Below, piece by piece: positions 34,761 through 46,459 of a stretch of DNA of 64,000 nucleotides (position 1 is the stretch's first letter; each line of letters begins with the position of its first letter). Made by a program: the position numbers and the translations under genes. The DNA lies in contig NC_134036.1 of NCBI RefSeq assembly GCF_964204645.1, positions 8,160,812 to 8,224,811 on the forward strand, written 5' to 3'. This DNA comes from Tubulanus polymorphus (taxonomy: Eukaryota; Animalia; Nemertea). Below the pieces are notes generated by a model, which made no database searches, was not told where the DNA came from, and worked only from the letters and a program-made list of their open reading frames with translations.

Positions 34761-37700
34761 AGAGTCTACTAACTAGACACTTTTTTACGATACCCTTTTT
34801 GGAATAAGCAAACAAACAGACAGTTCTCCCTTACTATAAATATTTATTGAACACTTTGCACCCACGTAGATAAGGCTTTTTACGCTAATGTTGCCAACAT
34901 TCGGAAAGGATTTGCCTAATAGGGAGGGTATATCCTGTTGGTGTACATTCCAGTTCAAACATTGACATATCGGTACATTTGAAAACGATTTGATGAAAAT
35001 TGTATGGTTTATGCCTATATGTTTTTTCGCCCCATTTCAAGCGATGAAGTTCAAATTCAAATCTATTTCACGGAAATCATCGGCATCAAACAGCTAAGTG
35101 ACTGGGATGAAATATCTGGAACCTGTTTTTTCCTTTTTCTCTTACACAGGTGGACTTTGTAACTCGCAATTTGTTTTTAAATGTCACATTGTGGAATCTG
35201 CCCCGATTATAGAAAAGTTGTAAAATTGTGTGAATTTGAACAACGGTTTTTCTCGTCCCATAATGTTGTCCCCTTAATTGTTCGCTTCACTTGTACCCCC
35301 ATTATATTATTTATTGTTGCCGTGTCTTTTATTGCTTGCTGCTACCACCCACGCTCCCACTGATTGTTCCTTAAACGTTTTTGCCGTTTGCTTCCTTTGT
35401 TTTTTTTCCAACCGTTTTCGTTCTTAAATAACTTAAATATTTATATTCTCCTTACAACAGTTTAATCACTCACTTTCCGAGTATCACACTCGTCATTTTG
35501 TTAATTTCATTCTGTTCTCACTACGCCTGATGATGGCTCATTGCACTCGGCCGTAACGTTGCTCGAAATATATACCATTTTACTATAGAACTTTCCTTTT
35601 TTGCTGAATCGATTGTGTGCTTTCTCTCTTACACTGATATCTTCCCGTGAAATTAATGTGGTTATTATAAAAAGGTCACTTCAAGAATTATCAGTTGAGG
35701 ATGACAGGTAGAAAAATGCAGTTCTCAAATGACCTTTTAAGGTTAACACGATCGTTTGATATTACACATATCTTTCCGAAGCAATTAGATCTAGCCTTTT
35801 TTATGGGCTAAGCGTAAATGTGAGCAGGGTCAGCTAATGTATATAGAAACGTGTATTTCGTGGAATGTTGAAGTCAAGAGTCTCATTATTCAGCATGACA
35901 TTTTCTTGTGTGCCCTAAGATGAATTGAGAAGCCAAGTTGAGTCAACACCTCCACAAAATATCGAAAAAACTTTTCATCAATTGTAAATAATTTCCTGAG
36001 ATATAATCCGATGTTAAATGAAAATTTAATTCTTCCTATATGAAGTCCCTGTAGATCATGCAACCTTAACTTTAACGATGCGACCATCGTAACACTATCC
36101 AGACGTATTCGTGTCTTGTATCTTAACTCAATCTTCTCTCAAATATTTCAAACTTGGTTCTAAGAAAGTATAAGTGTATTCTAGATCGAAGTGCCAGTAT
36201 TGCGTTTTCGTTAATCCCCTGCTATGTATTCATACTAATGCACGTTTGATAGAAAAACAAACTAGGAAGTCGGATCATATTACTCATTGATCTGATTGAC
36301 GTTCGCTTCCATTTTTGTCTGGTCTGAATTTAAATTTCTTTTGATAGCGTAAATAAGTCTCAACATCACTCCTCAGGACTATCGGACTTCTGACAAAGTT
36401 GGTTAACTCTTTAGTTTTCGTAGAACGCTTTCGTTGGAATCGAAAGATGTAAAACGTATTAACTTGTCTAGCAGTACAACACAAGAACCGTCTTTTCCCT
36501 TTATTGCTACATTCTTTGGCCTATTTTGTTATCAATATATTGCGCAGTGGCGGTAACCAGCGTTCTCTGCATTGAAAAACTAACGCGATTAGAGAAACAA
36601 TCGTTATCGAAAAGAACTACAAAAAACGAACGAAACAATATAAATGCAATACCTGTTGTCTGATGATTTATTTCTTATAGGTCATTCGCATATCGGAGAA
36701 TCGTTAACATTTCAAACCGGCTTCAAATTTAGCAAAATAACTAGGACGATATATCTGGAACCTGTTGTGCCCATTTTCTCCCTACACATGTGGACTCATA
36801 CGCGCATTTGGTATTAATTCTGTTGACAGTCGTGCAAAAAGTTTCACAATGTGCTTTTATACCGGTGCAGTATTCCGTGCACGCGGTAACATTGAAATCA
36901 GCTACTCCGGAAACACCTACTACAGCCAGTAGAACAACTGTAAATTAGAACAGTTTTCAGAGATTAACATTGGATATTCCTTGCAAGCTGGCGAAATAAC
37001 ATCACATTCAACACTTAATGTTTAATATGTAAAATATAGTGTATTAAGGCAGTGACTGCTATATTATCATTATTATTTGGTATTTACTTTATCTTTATGT
37101 TAAATGCAATCTAACTTACCGAGTGGAATTACTAGTAAACGCATCTTTAATGGTTGGTTTTGACACTCGAAACTATGAAGTATAAGGAGAAGAAAATGAA
37201 TAGCTGTCGAATAGCACAATCTTAAATTCGATGTGCTCATTACATGTAAAATATGAAAAAGATAACATATGTCATTGGGGCAGATTCGTTCAGAAACATT
37301 TATTTCCACATAGTCATAACATCTCCTGATCATACTCTAATGACATGTGATGTTATTCAATAGAGAAAGAACTATAAGGAAAGTCAACGACACATTTACT
37401 TAGGATTTTGAAAACTCACAGGAATAAAATCGCTAACCCTATTGAATTTCATCGGAACCCGTTGCTTATTCGTTTATTTAGTTATTCATTTGTTGTTGGA
37501 ACTAATTTTCGGAAGAACACATGCCCTGTTACGTTTATTGATGCCTCACACACGTGCGTGTGTCGCATATACTCGCTGCTATGTTGTGAAATGTATTCAC
37601 GTATATGAAAAAGCGTCCCTCGCGGACGTGAAAAGCGAGTTTTATAGAAGGGCATTGTAATTGGGAAAGGTGATAGGGAATCTCGGAAATTGTTCAATTT

Positions 37701-40547
37701 ACGAAAATAAATTGTCTAATTTAGCAAAACTATTTTCGGTCCTATTCGTGAAGAGTGGTCGACGTTGGAAATCCGGAACAGAGCTTAACGAGTGAACTAT
37801 CAGTTTGGAATGATACTAAAACTGGAACTGATTTATTTTTACACACAAACTATTTATATACATTGATATACGAGACAGGTGGAGACATGGAAAATGATAC
37901 AAAAACAAAGGTGACGAGTAGTGACAACAATTAACAACAATTAACGCATTAGACACAGACAATTAAAGGAATAAAGAATATAGATGATATATACAACAAT
38001 TATGATGGACATTTAGTGTTGTTAAACTAATAAACATCGTACACAGTGAATGAAATAATGAACGAGGAGAGAGTCATGTATATTCGTGATGAATCATCAT
38101 GCAGTTATGTGTGATTGCAACATGTATAGTGCTGAGATCGTTTTAATGGACAGATTTTCATAAATGTCCTTGATTCAATCAAGGGGGATATCCTAGGCTT
38201 TTTTATTAGTTGGAGAACGGATTCTCTGAAATCCTGCAAAAACTTCATGCCAGAGATAACTATGCTTTTGATAAAAAATGATAAAAAATGATTTCTTAAA
38301 ATTTCCCGTCCTCATTTTCGATTCTAATTCTCCGTTAAAAGTCAGTTTTCTCCCACATTTGAATTCAATCTAATAGAGTTTTTTCTCTTTTTCATTTGTT
38401 CTGCAAAATATCTAGAGTACCAAAGGTTGATGTTGATGCTGGATTATTAAACATACCCATGTACATTTAGGAAAGTCCATATTAAGAATTTGGTTGCTTG
38501 TGTTTATGATATAAGCGGTCTACGATATTAAAGAGCTTATTCATTGTTTTTAAAAGGCTTAATAGAAGGCAATCATCGCGACTAAAGAAATATCATGAAC
38601 AAATGAAACTACGCAAAATCCGACGACGTTATGCCCGTGGTTTATCGTATACAAATATACCAAATACAATGATACATTTCATGGATCAGTTCTATTCAAA
38701 CTTACCGTAAATATTGCTGCTTGAATCTTCAGGCAATAATGTTATTAGCTGAATCAGACTGCACTCATATATTGTGTTTTGCTCTACACTTGAAGTTTAG
38801 AGGCGTGGCAAACCTCACTCGCTTACCCTGGATAATCGATTTTCTTGGACTATTTGAGGGTTTCGTGATCAGTTCCTTAACAATGGAATCAGAAATCTAA
38901 AGCTCTTTTATAATCGCGAACCAACTATTGTTGTTGTATCTACGAACAAACCAGCTGACTCCTCGAAATCCTTATCCAAATAAAAACACTTATTCTCCTT
39001 CCACCACTCGCTGGGACTGTGTAGCCACACTATTTATGATATATAAAACATAATAGAAATAAAATATAGCTGACTGTGTTAATTTTACTACTTTTACAAT
39101 TCCATGGTGTATCTTCTTGTCACATTAATTCGGCAATCATGTGAGTTATTTCATTAAATGGTTTGCCGTGTTAGCTAGCAGTACTGTGGACCTTGAGTCA
39201 ATTGTCTCAAATATCCACCACTGCTGACTTAACATTATACGAATAGTCTTAACTCCAAAAACCCTCCACTGAGATGCGCGTATCTCAGTAAAAACATGTG
39301 TCTTCCGAGAACTGTGGTTTCCGATTCTGGTGGAATGCACATACGTATATTTGCTGTGTTAGTGATAGTCAGATAAATTTGGAAGTTTCTATAACGACAG
39401 AACAGAGAATTGAATAACAAATACGCTGTATAAAATAAACGCCACCTAAGACAATCGTTAGGTAAGAACCCTGTTAATATAGGATTGTTACCATAGCGAT
39501 AACATAAAAGGGCTTGATAACAGGTTGGCTAGATGACGGTTTAACCGAAAACCCAAATAATTTTGGGCTTACGCGACACGCGATATATCTAGAAAAGGTG
39601 GCCGAAAGGAAAAACCATGGGCTGAAGTCTAATTGACTGAACTGTAATGCATGATATTCTATCTTCCACTTTATTCCAGATTTCTGCAACAACCTCCACG
39701 CAGCACGGTCGTGTGCATGCCCCAAGTCCAAATCTGCGATGTTGATAGCTACAGTATTTGAAACTGACAGTTCAAGATACATAGCAAATAGAAAACTCAC
39801 ACTACGCCTTAAACGGCTCAACGCCATCATTCAACGACGACATAGTCCCCAGTGACTGTAATGTATAAGAAAGCGGAAAATGCCTACTTTTTCATCGAAA
39901 AGGACTGAAAACATTCACAGTGGCCTATATCAAAACCAATATATCGTCCAAACTGTTCTTTGTAGATTGATATAAATGCAGCTCATTTCCCAACATGCCT
40001 GTGGGACCACTTAAGAACTATACAATGACGATAACATTAAGTAAGTATCTCAGAACTGGATGGGTAACGATAAGCTCTTTTAAGCTAATGCTTTGTCAAA
40101 CATTCACATTATTGACACCAGCAGGTTTGTTTCGCAAAAGCAGGAGTGTGTTCTTTTGAAAATTCAAATACATTATGGGTAGGTCTTACCGAATGATTAA
40201 ATAAATTCGATGTAAACTCAGTTCTTATTTAATGGGCTGACTCGCGTGTGTAAGTTTACTATGTTATATATCGTCATATATTAGGTCACCTATGTAATTG
40301 TATTTTCTAAAATTGCCGCTAGGGAGTGGAGCTGATCTTCTTTATCTATCAATTAATAATTTGTCAATTGATAACGAAAAACACTATATATTTAGACTCA
40401 CAGTGAAGTTAAACCCAGCCTAGGTTGCGCTGACTCAAACAATGGTCAATTCTTGACAAAAATTACAGCTGGCACTGATTAACCTATCTGATCTAGCAAT
40501 CCAGTTTCCAGTACGTTTCCTAATCCGTGATAACTACTATACACTTA

Positions 40548-40730
40548 AAGCTGCGAATGAAAAATCTATTACTAAACTGGTTAGCAGTAGCCTGATTTAT
40601 AAATTGTACTTGTGTTTATTATTTGTTCATAATCAGAAGCTGCGAATGAAAAATCTATTACTAAACGGGTGAGCAGTAGCCTGATTTATGAATTGTACTT
40701 GTGTGTATTATTTTGTTCATAATAAGAAGC
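40548..40730. repeat. Tandem duplication of ~90 bp
   Basis: aagctgcgaatgaaaaatctattactaaac... occurs twice head to tail. Confidence 0.85.
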
Positions 40731-41609
40731 AGATGTTCAAGCAAATACGATATTCGAATCTCATAGAAACACGTCAATCAAAATCAACATATCTATAAAA
40801 TATGCGCTGAAATGATTGTGATTGTCGTAATACACCGCAATTGCTGTCGCCACACGATTCAAACCGTAAGCAACTTCTTTTTGCTAATGCAATGCGTACG
40901 CATCGTTGAAATGTCTAAATGTTTCGATAATTTCTTTTTACGTTTCTCGATTTCAGCTTTATCGCAATATATTCAAGATTACCTTTAAGAAATGCGTACA
41001 TTCATTGTATTATCGTGTAAGTTTTAAAGTACGGTAGTTTGGGCTTTACGTGTATCGTAACATCTATTATTGCATGTATTTGACGGATTCAAATATCGTT
41101 ATCAGCATCATTCTTTGAGGGTATGAAACAAACATGATTATCCTAAACGGTTTCGACGACTGGGGTTAATAGAAATCGGTGTAGAAAAATCATAGTATTT
41201 CAAATATCATTGCAAATATATTGATATAACGGTTTTATCTGTATATGATTTATATAAAGTGTCTCTCATAATATGTGCAAGTTGGTGCTACATCATAAAA
41301 ACGTCGTGTATTTGTAATTGCTTGAATTTCCTAACTACCATTTTACATTTTGGGATTTTGTACTGCTTTTAACGCATCAAACTCATAGCGATTTCAGACT
41401 GGATTCGCAGCGACCTTCCCCCTTTTTAAATGCCCAAGCTTTGACTTCTAGGGTTCAATTTGAAGTAACGGAAAGTATGATTTAACGGTAAAAAGATATA
41501 TGTATCTTTAGAAAGAAACTTTCATCAATTAATAGCATCAGTTTTCTAAAGTATACCAAACACTGAGCCACACGAGACTGCTACCTCAATATCAGCTACT
41601 GATCGCCCT

Positions 41610-41833
41610 ATGGTCATTATTAGGTTCTATATTTCAGTGATTCTGCTCTTTTTCGTGGCTTATTCGCCAGTTGGAGGTGCTCTAACCCATGGGGCAATCA
41701 AAGATGCGTGTAAGGCTGCTGGTGGGTATGGTGTATTCTGTAGAAGAATAGGTTTGGTTAGCGGAGAATGTCATGATATAGGCTTTTGTTACGGAAGATT
41801 GTACATGGACCAGCAATTTCAGTTGTTTAATAT
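41610..41833 (+). pseudogene. Small secreted Cys-rich peptide ORF interrupted by the LTR element (continues after 56867)
   Basis: Signal-like MVIIRFYISVILLFFVAYSPVGGA, four Cys before the insertion, TATA-like motif upstream; the ORF-track tail after ...QLFN is LTR-derived. Confidence 0.45.
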
Positions 41834-43098
41834 TGATCCGCAGCAAGATTCCGTAGTAACTAAAGAATGTTCGTAATGATGGTTTTTGTTTACGTTGGTG
41901 GTTTCTTTATGGGTATCAGACAGCAAACGATGTGTGCAAGTTGTTGTTTGATGCTTTGATCTACCAGCGCTGACAATAAATCAGCCAGGGGTAAAAATAA
42001 TTCTTCCTCGGTTCTTGTGCGTCGATATCTGGCAAACATTCAGAATTATTTTTAAAAACTTAAGGATAGACGTAATTGGTTGGGTCGGAACGATGAGGTG
42101 CTTTGATAGTGTGGTTTGTGTAGGGATCTCGCTGTTACTTCTTGATACTCCCGACTACTTTCTATAAAAGGAAGAACCGGAAGTATAGGGAGACATGGTT
42201 GTTTTGCTTTATCCTGTAGTATTATAGAGTTAGTTAAATTATAAATGAAAATTGGTGTAATAAGTATAGAATGATTTTAGATTTGATAATTAATTACATT
42301 GTATTTCTGAATCAAAAGTTTACTATTGTTGATTGGAAAAAGAAACGATGAGTTTGTTCCATAATCTAGGTGAAAACTAAGTTTTGAAAATATATCTAAA
42401 TTAAGTATCCTGGATGTTAATTCAGGACAAGACCTTTATAATCGCTTAAGTTTTATGGAAGGTTAATTGTGGCAAATATCAATACTAGCTCTCTAAGGTT
42501 TCTGTTGGTGTACATGTCTGTTGGTAACTCGTAGAGAATAGCTGCTCTCTCAACGATGATGAGTAGGGAGTGAGTAAATCAAAGCGCGTTATGACAGGAG
42601 GGTTGGAAAGAAAAGTTACTTTGGCAAATCAGTTTCTCAAATAATTTTAGATTAGCAAATCATTAAGGCTAATTCTACATGTCCAAAACCGTCATGACAG
42701 CTAGGTTGCTGCTCCTTGCCAAAAGTCAAACGGGAGAGTCGGCATTCTAGGAATGTCGATCTTTTCTATAAAAAAGGCCCGCAGTCTTGAGAAAGCAGAC
42801 TTACCAGGGACGCTCGTTAGAGATACTTGAGGTTTGGGTGGAAATACCAGAATAAAGACGGGTTACCAACAGTAGTGTACAATAGGAATTTGGAGTTAGG
42901 AATTGGACTGTGTACTATCTGGAGTTATTACTATCATCAAGGTAAATAAAATCTATATTATTATTATTATATTCAATCAGAATTTCGGCATTTTAGTTTG
43001 ATTATTTGGGTTTGTGCACGGACACGTTCTCTCGCCAGGGACCGATCTTTACGTTTTTATATTCAACGATTAAGGAGAGGATTGTGACCGGTGTATCA
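41834..43098 (+). repeat. 5' LTR (1265 bp)
   Basis: tgatccgcag...gtgtatca; TATA at ~42767, AATAAA at 42851; only 3 differences seen versus the 3' LTR. Confidence 0.97.
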
Positions 43099-43099
43099 T

Positions 43100-43117
43100 T
43101 GGCGCCGAAACCCGGGA
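43100..43117 (+). promoter_or_regulatory. Primer-binding site complementary to tRNA-Phe
   Basis: TGGCGCCGAAACCCGGGA versus the complement of the animal tRNA-Phe 3' end as recalled, TGGTGCCGAAACCCGGGA (17/18). Confidence 0.8.
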
Positions 43118-43176
43118 TATCAATAATCTTCGGTTTACGATAAACTTTTTACATTAAATTGTTTAGTTTTGTTCAA

Positions 43177-43815
43177 ATGGTACATATCTTCGTATGCTCC
43201 CACTGTGGTGCGAGGAACGCATTCTCTAAGAAGCGCCGCACTACAACCAACTCAGCATACAAAAAGAAATTGTGGGGGTCGAACCCACCTAATACCAAAC
43301 CGTTTGAAATTCCGGTCGAGTTTCGGGAACCATTGTGGGATTTGAACCCACTGCCAACTCCGGTCGACCCTGTTGAGACACTGCGGGATTCGAACCCCAG
43401 AGGTGCACAGCCATTTGAAATTCCGGTCGAGTTTCGGGAACCATTGTGGGATTTGAACCCACTGCCAACTCCGGTCGACCCTGTTGAGACACTGCGGGAT
43501 TCGAACCCCAGAGGTGCACAGCCATTTGAAATCCCGGAAGAGTATCGGGAGCCGTTGTGGGATTCGAACCCACTGCTGACTTTGGCCGTATCTGCTGAGC
43601 CTTTACGGGATTCTAACCCGACCGACACTCAGCGCGAAGCTTCGATCACCTCGAGGGATTCAAACCCTCTCGAACGCCGGCAAAGGGTAAAGCCAGTGAA
43701 AGTGCCCGAGAAATTCGACCCATTTTGGGCACATTTTTTTCGTGATTTTGCAAACCCGGCCGAGTTGTTCTTTGGTGATAAAGACGCTGACGGCTATTTC
43801 CTTTGTCCAGTATAG
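43177..43815 (+). CDS. Accessory ORF a: CxxC, basic patch and Pro-rich W/R-D-S-N-P repeats
   Basis: Open frame between PBS and gag; in-frame 111-bp tandem repeats. Confidence 0.45.
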   Translation: MVHIFVCSHCGARNAFSKKRRTTTNSAYKKKLWGSNPPNTKPFEIPVEFREPLWDLNPLPTPVDPVETLRDSNPRGAQPFEIPVEFREPLWDLNPLPTPVDPVETLRDSNPRGAQPFEIPEEYREPLWDSNPLLTLAVSAEPLRDSNPTDTQREASITSRDSNPLERRQRVKPVKVPEKFDPFWAHFFRDFANPAELFFGDKDADGYFLCPV

Positions 43816-43909
43816 ACTAAGGGGGTCTTATAGTACCAGTCAATTGTTAACTTTATGATTGCCTGATTGTTATTTGTGAAAAATATTTGGTGTTGTTTGT
43901 GATTGATAC

Positions 43910-44350
43910 ATGTCAGCTGGGTTGAGGCGTGGTTACTGTGGGGCAACGGTGTCCAAGACGCCCACGCTTGCCCCAGTCCCCAAGTCTAGTTGGGAGGTAC
44001 CAGCTCATTTAAGGGAGCCACTGTGGGATTCGAACCCACTTAGCACCAAGGGGACCACTAACAACAGAGCTGCTGAACAGCCACTGTGGGATTCGAACCC
44101 ACTTAGCATCAAGGGTATTACCAACGACAGAGCTGTTAAACAGCCACTGTTGGATTCAAACCCACTCAGCACAAAGGGTACCAATAACGACGGAGCGGTC
44201 GGACAGACTCTGAGGGATTCGAACCCTCCACCCAGCGGGCTTAATACTTATACGTCTACCTGGGATCAGGGGGATTTCAGTTTATGTGCTATCCCTGACC
44301 ATAACGTATTGTTGGCTGATAAGTCGCGAACATACAGCTACTTTGATTAA
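43910..44350 (+). CDS. Accessory ORF b with 21-aa (63-bp) PLWDSNPL repeats
   Basis: Open frame sharing the repeat motif of ORF a. Confidence 0.4.
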   Translation: MSAGLRRGYCGATVSKTPTLAPVPKSSWEVPAHLREPLWDSNPLSTKGTTNNRAAEQPLWDSNPLSIKGITNDRAVKQPLLDSNPLSTKGTNNDGAVGQTLRDSNPPPSGLNTYTSTWDQGDFSLCAIPDHNVLLADKSRTYSYFD

Positions 44351-44442
44351 ATTGGGGTTATTTATTGAAATTATAATAAGCAGTTAAACTCGAATTGTAT
44401 AATTTTCTTTTTGGTGATTATTATTTGTAAGATAGTACGTTA

Positions 44443-45240
44443 ATGTCGGGGTCGATTACGGTAAGGTGCACAAACAAACGTCGTAGCCCTGGTTATTGGA
44501 GTACACTACCCCGAAAAAGGTGGCTCACTACTGTGAGTATAGCACCCGCGACACCTACCATCATAACTACTTCCCCTGGGACCAGTGCTGGGACTCCAAC
44601 TTCTCAGTCTTCAGACTTTGACTTTTTGGATAGTTGTTTGTATTGTGAGTGCCCAACGTTAGCGGTTTTTCAGGACCAGGTAAATTGTACTTGCTCGTCT
44701 TCAGTGACCCCTTCTCCGCCCCTAAGTCCTTCGGGTACGGATTCGAACCGAAATAGCTCGATACGGACTGGTGAACCTATCACACGGCCGCCGTCATCAG
44801 CTGGATCAACCGGTTCCAGCGACTCAAGCTTTTCATGCTGTTGTTCGGTGCCGCCTGGTTCACCTATAGGGATTGATCAGTTCGACTCAGAGCAACCGGC
44901 AGACCTGTCTGCAACTCGATCTTTAAACAGACCATTAGCAATTGTTACGCCTGTAGCGGGCCAACTGTTGGGCGGACATTTGGGCGAACCTGTCCAAAGT
45001 TTTCCAGTAGACCTGTCCTTAGGTGCGTCTGCGGGTGACCAATCGTTGGATCTGTCGCCCAGCGGGGGTATAGGCCGATTTTCAGAAAGTCAGTCTGCCC
45101 TTGGCCCTAGCACTTCGTGGATTTTTGAGGAGATTGATGACATTCTTTCGTCATTTTTAAGGGAAGAGATTACGGTGGAGGAGGTTGCCCGTACTTGGGA
45201 TAACCTACTTTGTTGGGCTGATCGCCAGGATCAGGTTTAG
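44443..45240 (+). CDS. Accessory ORF c: Ser/Pro/Cys-rich protein with PxDLS motifs
   Basis: 265-aa ATG-initiated ORF; PADLS, PVDLS, SLDLS; acidic C-terminal helix. Confidence 0.55.
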   Translation: MSGSITVRCTNKRRSPGYWSTLPRKRWLTTVSIAPATPTIITTSPGTSAGTPTSQSSDFDFLDSCLYCECPTLAVFQDQVNCTCSSSVTPSPPLSPSGTDSNRNSSIRTGEPITRPPSSAGSTGSSDSSFSCCCSVPPGSPIGIDQFDSEQPADLSATRSLNRPLAIVTPVAGQLLGGHLGEPVQSFPVDLSLGASAGDQSLDLSPSGGIGRFSESQSALGPSTSWIFEEIDDILSSFLREEITVEEVARTWDNLLCWADRQDQV

Positions 45241-45298
45241 AATTTAAAAGTAGCATCATCGTAGGAATAATAATAATTTGATTACTCTGGTTTAGAAA

Positions 45299-46459
45299 AT
45301 GGCAACTAGAAGCGGGACAACATACGGGTCGGACGATGCGGGTGGCTTGCAGGGGCAAACCTCTACAGGAGGAAACCCACAGGGTCACCCCCCAATTAGC
45401 AATGACACGGTTTTAGAGGCCCTCTCGGGCTTACGCGAACAGGTGGACACGGCCACCGCGTTTATGAACTTCTCCATGCTCCCGAAATTTACAGGACGAG
45501 ACAGTCAGTGCGTCTCTGACTGGTTCAGAGGGTTCAATCGTTTGGCCGATCTGAGAGGCTGGGACGAAAATGCCAAAAAGAAACAGTTGTATTGGTTTTT
45601 GGCTGGCCCAGCCCTAGTTCTATTCAATGACCTCCGCATTGATCAGGCGACCGATTCGACCGGTACAAAAATTACCACTCCCTGGGAGCATATTGTGCAT
45701 GCATTTTGCACGCAATTTAGCCCTACCTCGTGGGCCTTGGTCAAGGAGTCGGCCTTGACGACAATGCGACAGGGGGAAACGCAACCGGTCGATAGGTTTG
45801 CGGAGGAGATTGATCGGGTGGCCTCAAGTTTGAAGTTCTCGGACCACCAGAAAAAGATGTTATTGATCAATAACTCTCGGCCTGACATTTCAGTCTATCT
45901 GTTGTCGCAACGTCCAACGACTTTTAGGGATGCATGGGAGGCAGCCAGAATGGCTGAACATATCGAACAACGAAAGGCCCTGTCGTCTCCCAAGATATCG
46001 CAAATTGGGACCGAACCAAATAAGGCGATAGGGGATGTCATGACGGAGCTACGGGACATGTTCCGCCAAATCATGGACACACAAAAGCCTACCCGAACTC
46101 AGCGGGATGATAGGGGTACTTATTATAGCGAGAACCGTCCATCACAACGGTCGCAAGATGGGCAGGTGGTGTGCTACCAATGTCACGCCCCCGGTCATTA
46201 CGCCAGGAATTGTCCAACTTGGCGTTACGACCAACAAAGGTCGCGGGTCTCGCCAAACCGGGACGCATTTCAGCGTGATAATCGCCGTCCCCAAAACTTT
46301 GGTAGGGGCCAGTTTCGGTCACAGAATATTGGACGTGGTTCCCAAGGGGCTAATCGAACATTTAGTCAGGGAAACGACCGGGGACCTCATCCTATGGACC
46401 GACAAGGGTGGGGTCGCGCAATGAATGGTCAACAGAGCCCTCGCCCGATTCGGCGATAA
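45299..46459 (+). CDS. gag: Gag (capsid + CCHC nucleocapsid)
   Basis: MATRSG start, LPKFTG...WF capsid motif, MRQGETQPVDRF, CYQCHAPGHYARNC. Confidence 0.92.
   Translation: MATRSGTTYGSDDAGGLQGQTSTGGNPQGHPPISNDTVLEALSGLREQVDTATAFMNFSMLPKFTGRDSQCVSDWFRGFNRLADLRGWDENAKKKQLYWFLAGPALVLFNDLRIDQATDSTGTKITTPWEHIVHAFCTQFSPTSWALVKESALTTMRQGETQPVDRFAEEIDRVASSLKFSDHQKKMLLINNSRPDISVYLLSQRPTTFRDAWEAARMAEHIEQRKALSSPKISQIGTEPNKAIGDVMTELRDMFRQIMDTQKPTRTQRDDRGTYYSENRPSQRSQDGQVVCYQCHAPGHYARNCPTWRYDQQRSRVSPNRDAFQRDNRRPQNFGRGQFRSQNIGRGSQGANRTFSQGNDRGPHPMDRQGWGRAMNGQQSPRPIRR
46369..46432 (+). promoter_or_regulatory. Programmed -1 ribosomal frameshift signal (gag-pol)
   Basis: In-phase slippery heptamer G GGA AAC (46369-46375), 7-nt spacer, 11-bp stem 46383-46393/46405-46415; the pol (-1) frame opens immediately upstream of the heptamer. 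Confidence 0.8.

Noticed and set aside
35800-41500. Host genes among the short ORFs in this interval
   Set aside because: No recognisable domain or consistent exon chain could be supported by eye.
43274-44230. tRNA gene cluster or CRISPR array
   Set aside because: Only the T-arm/B-box motif is present, with no A box or cloverleaf; the intervening sequences are themselves duplicated.
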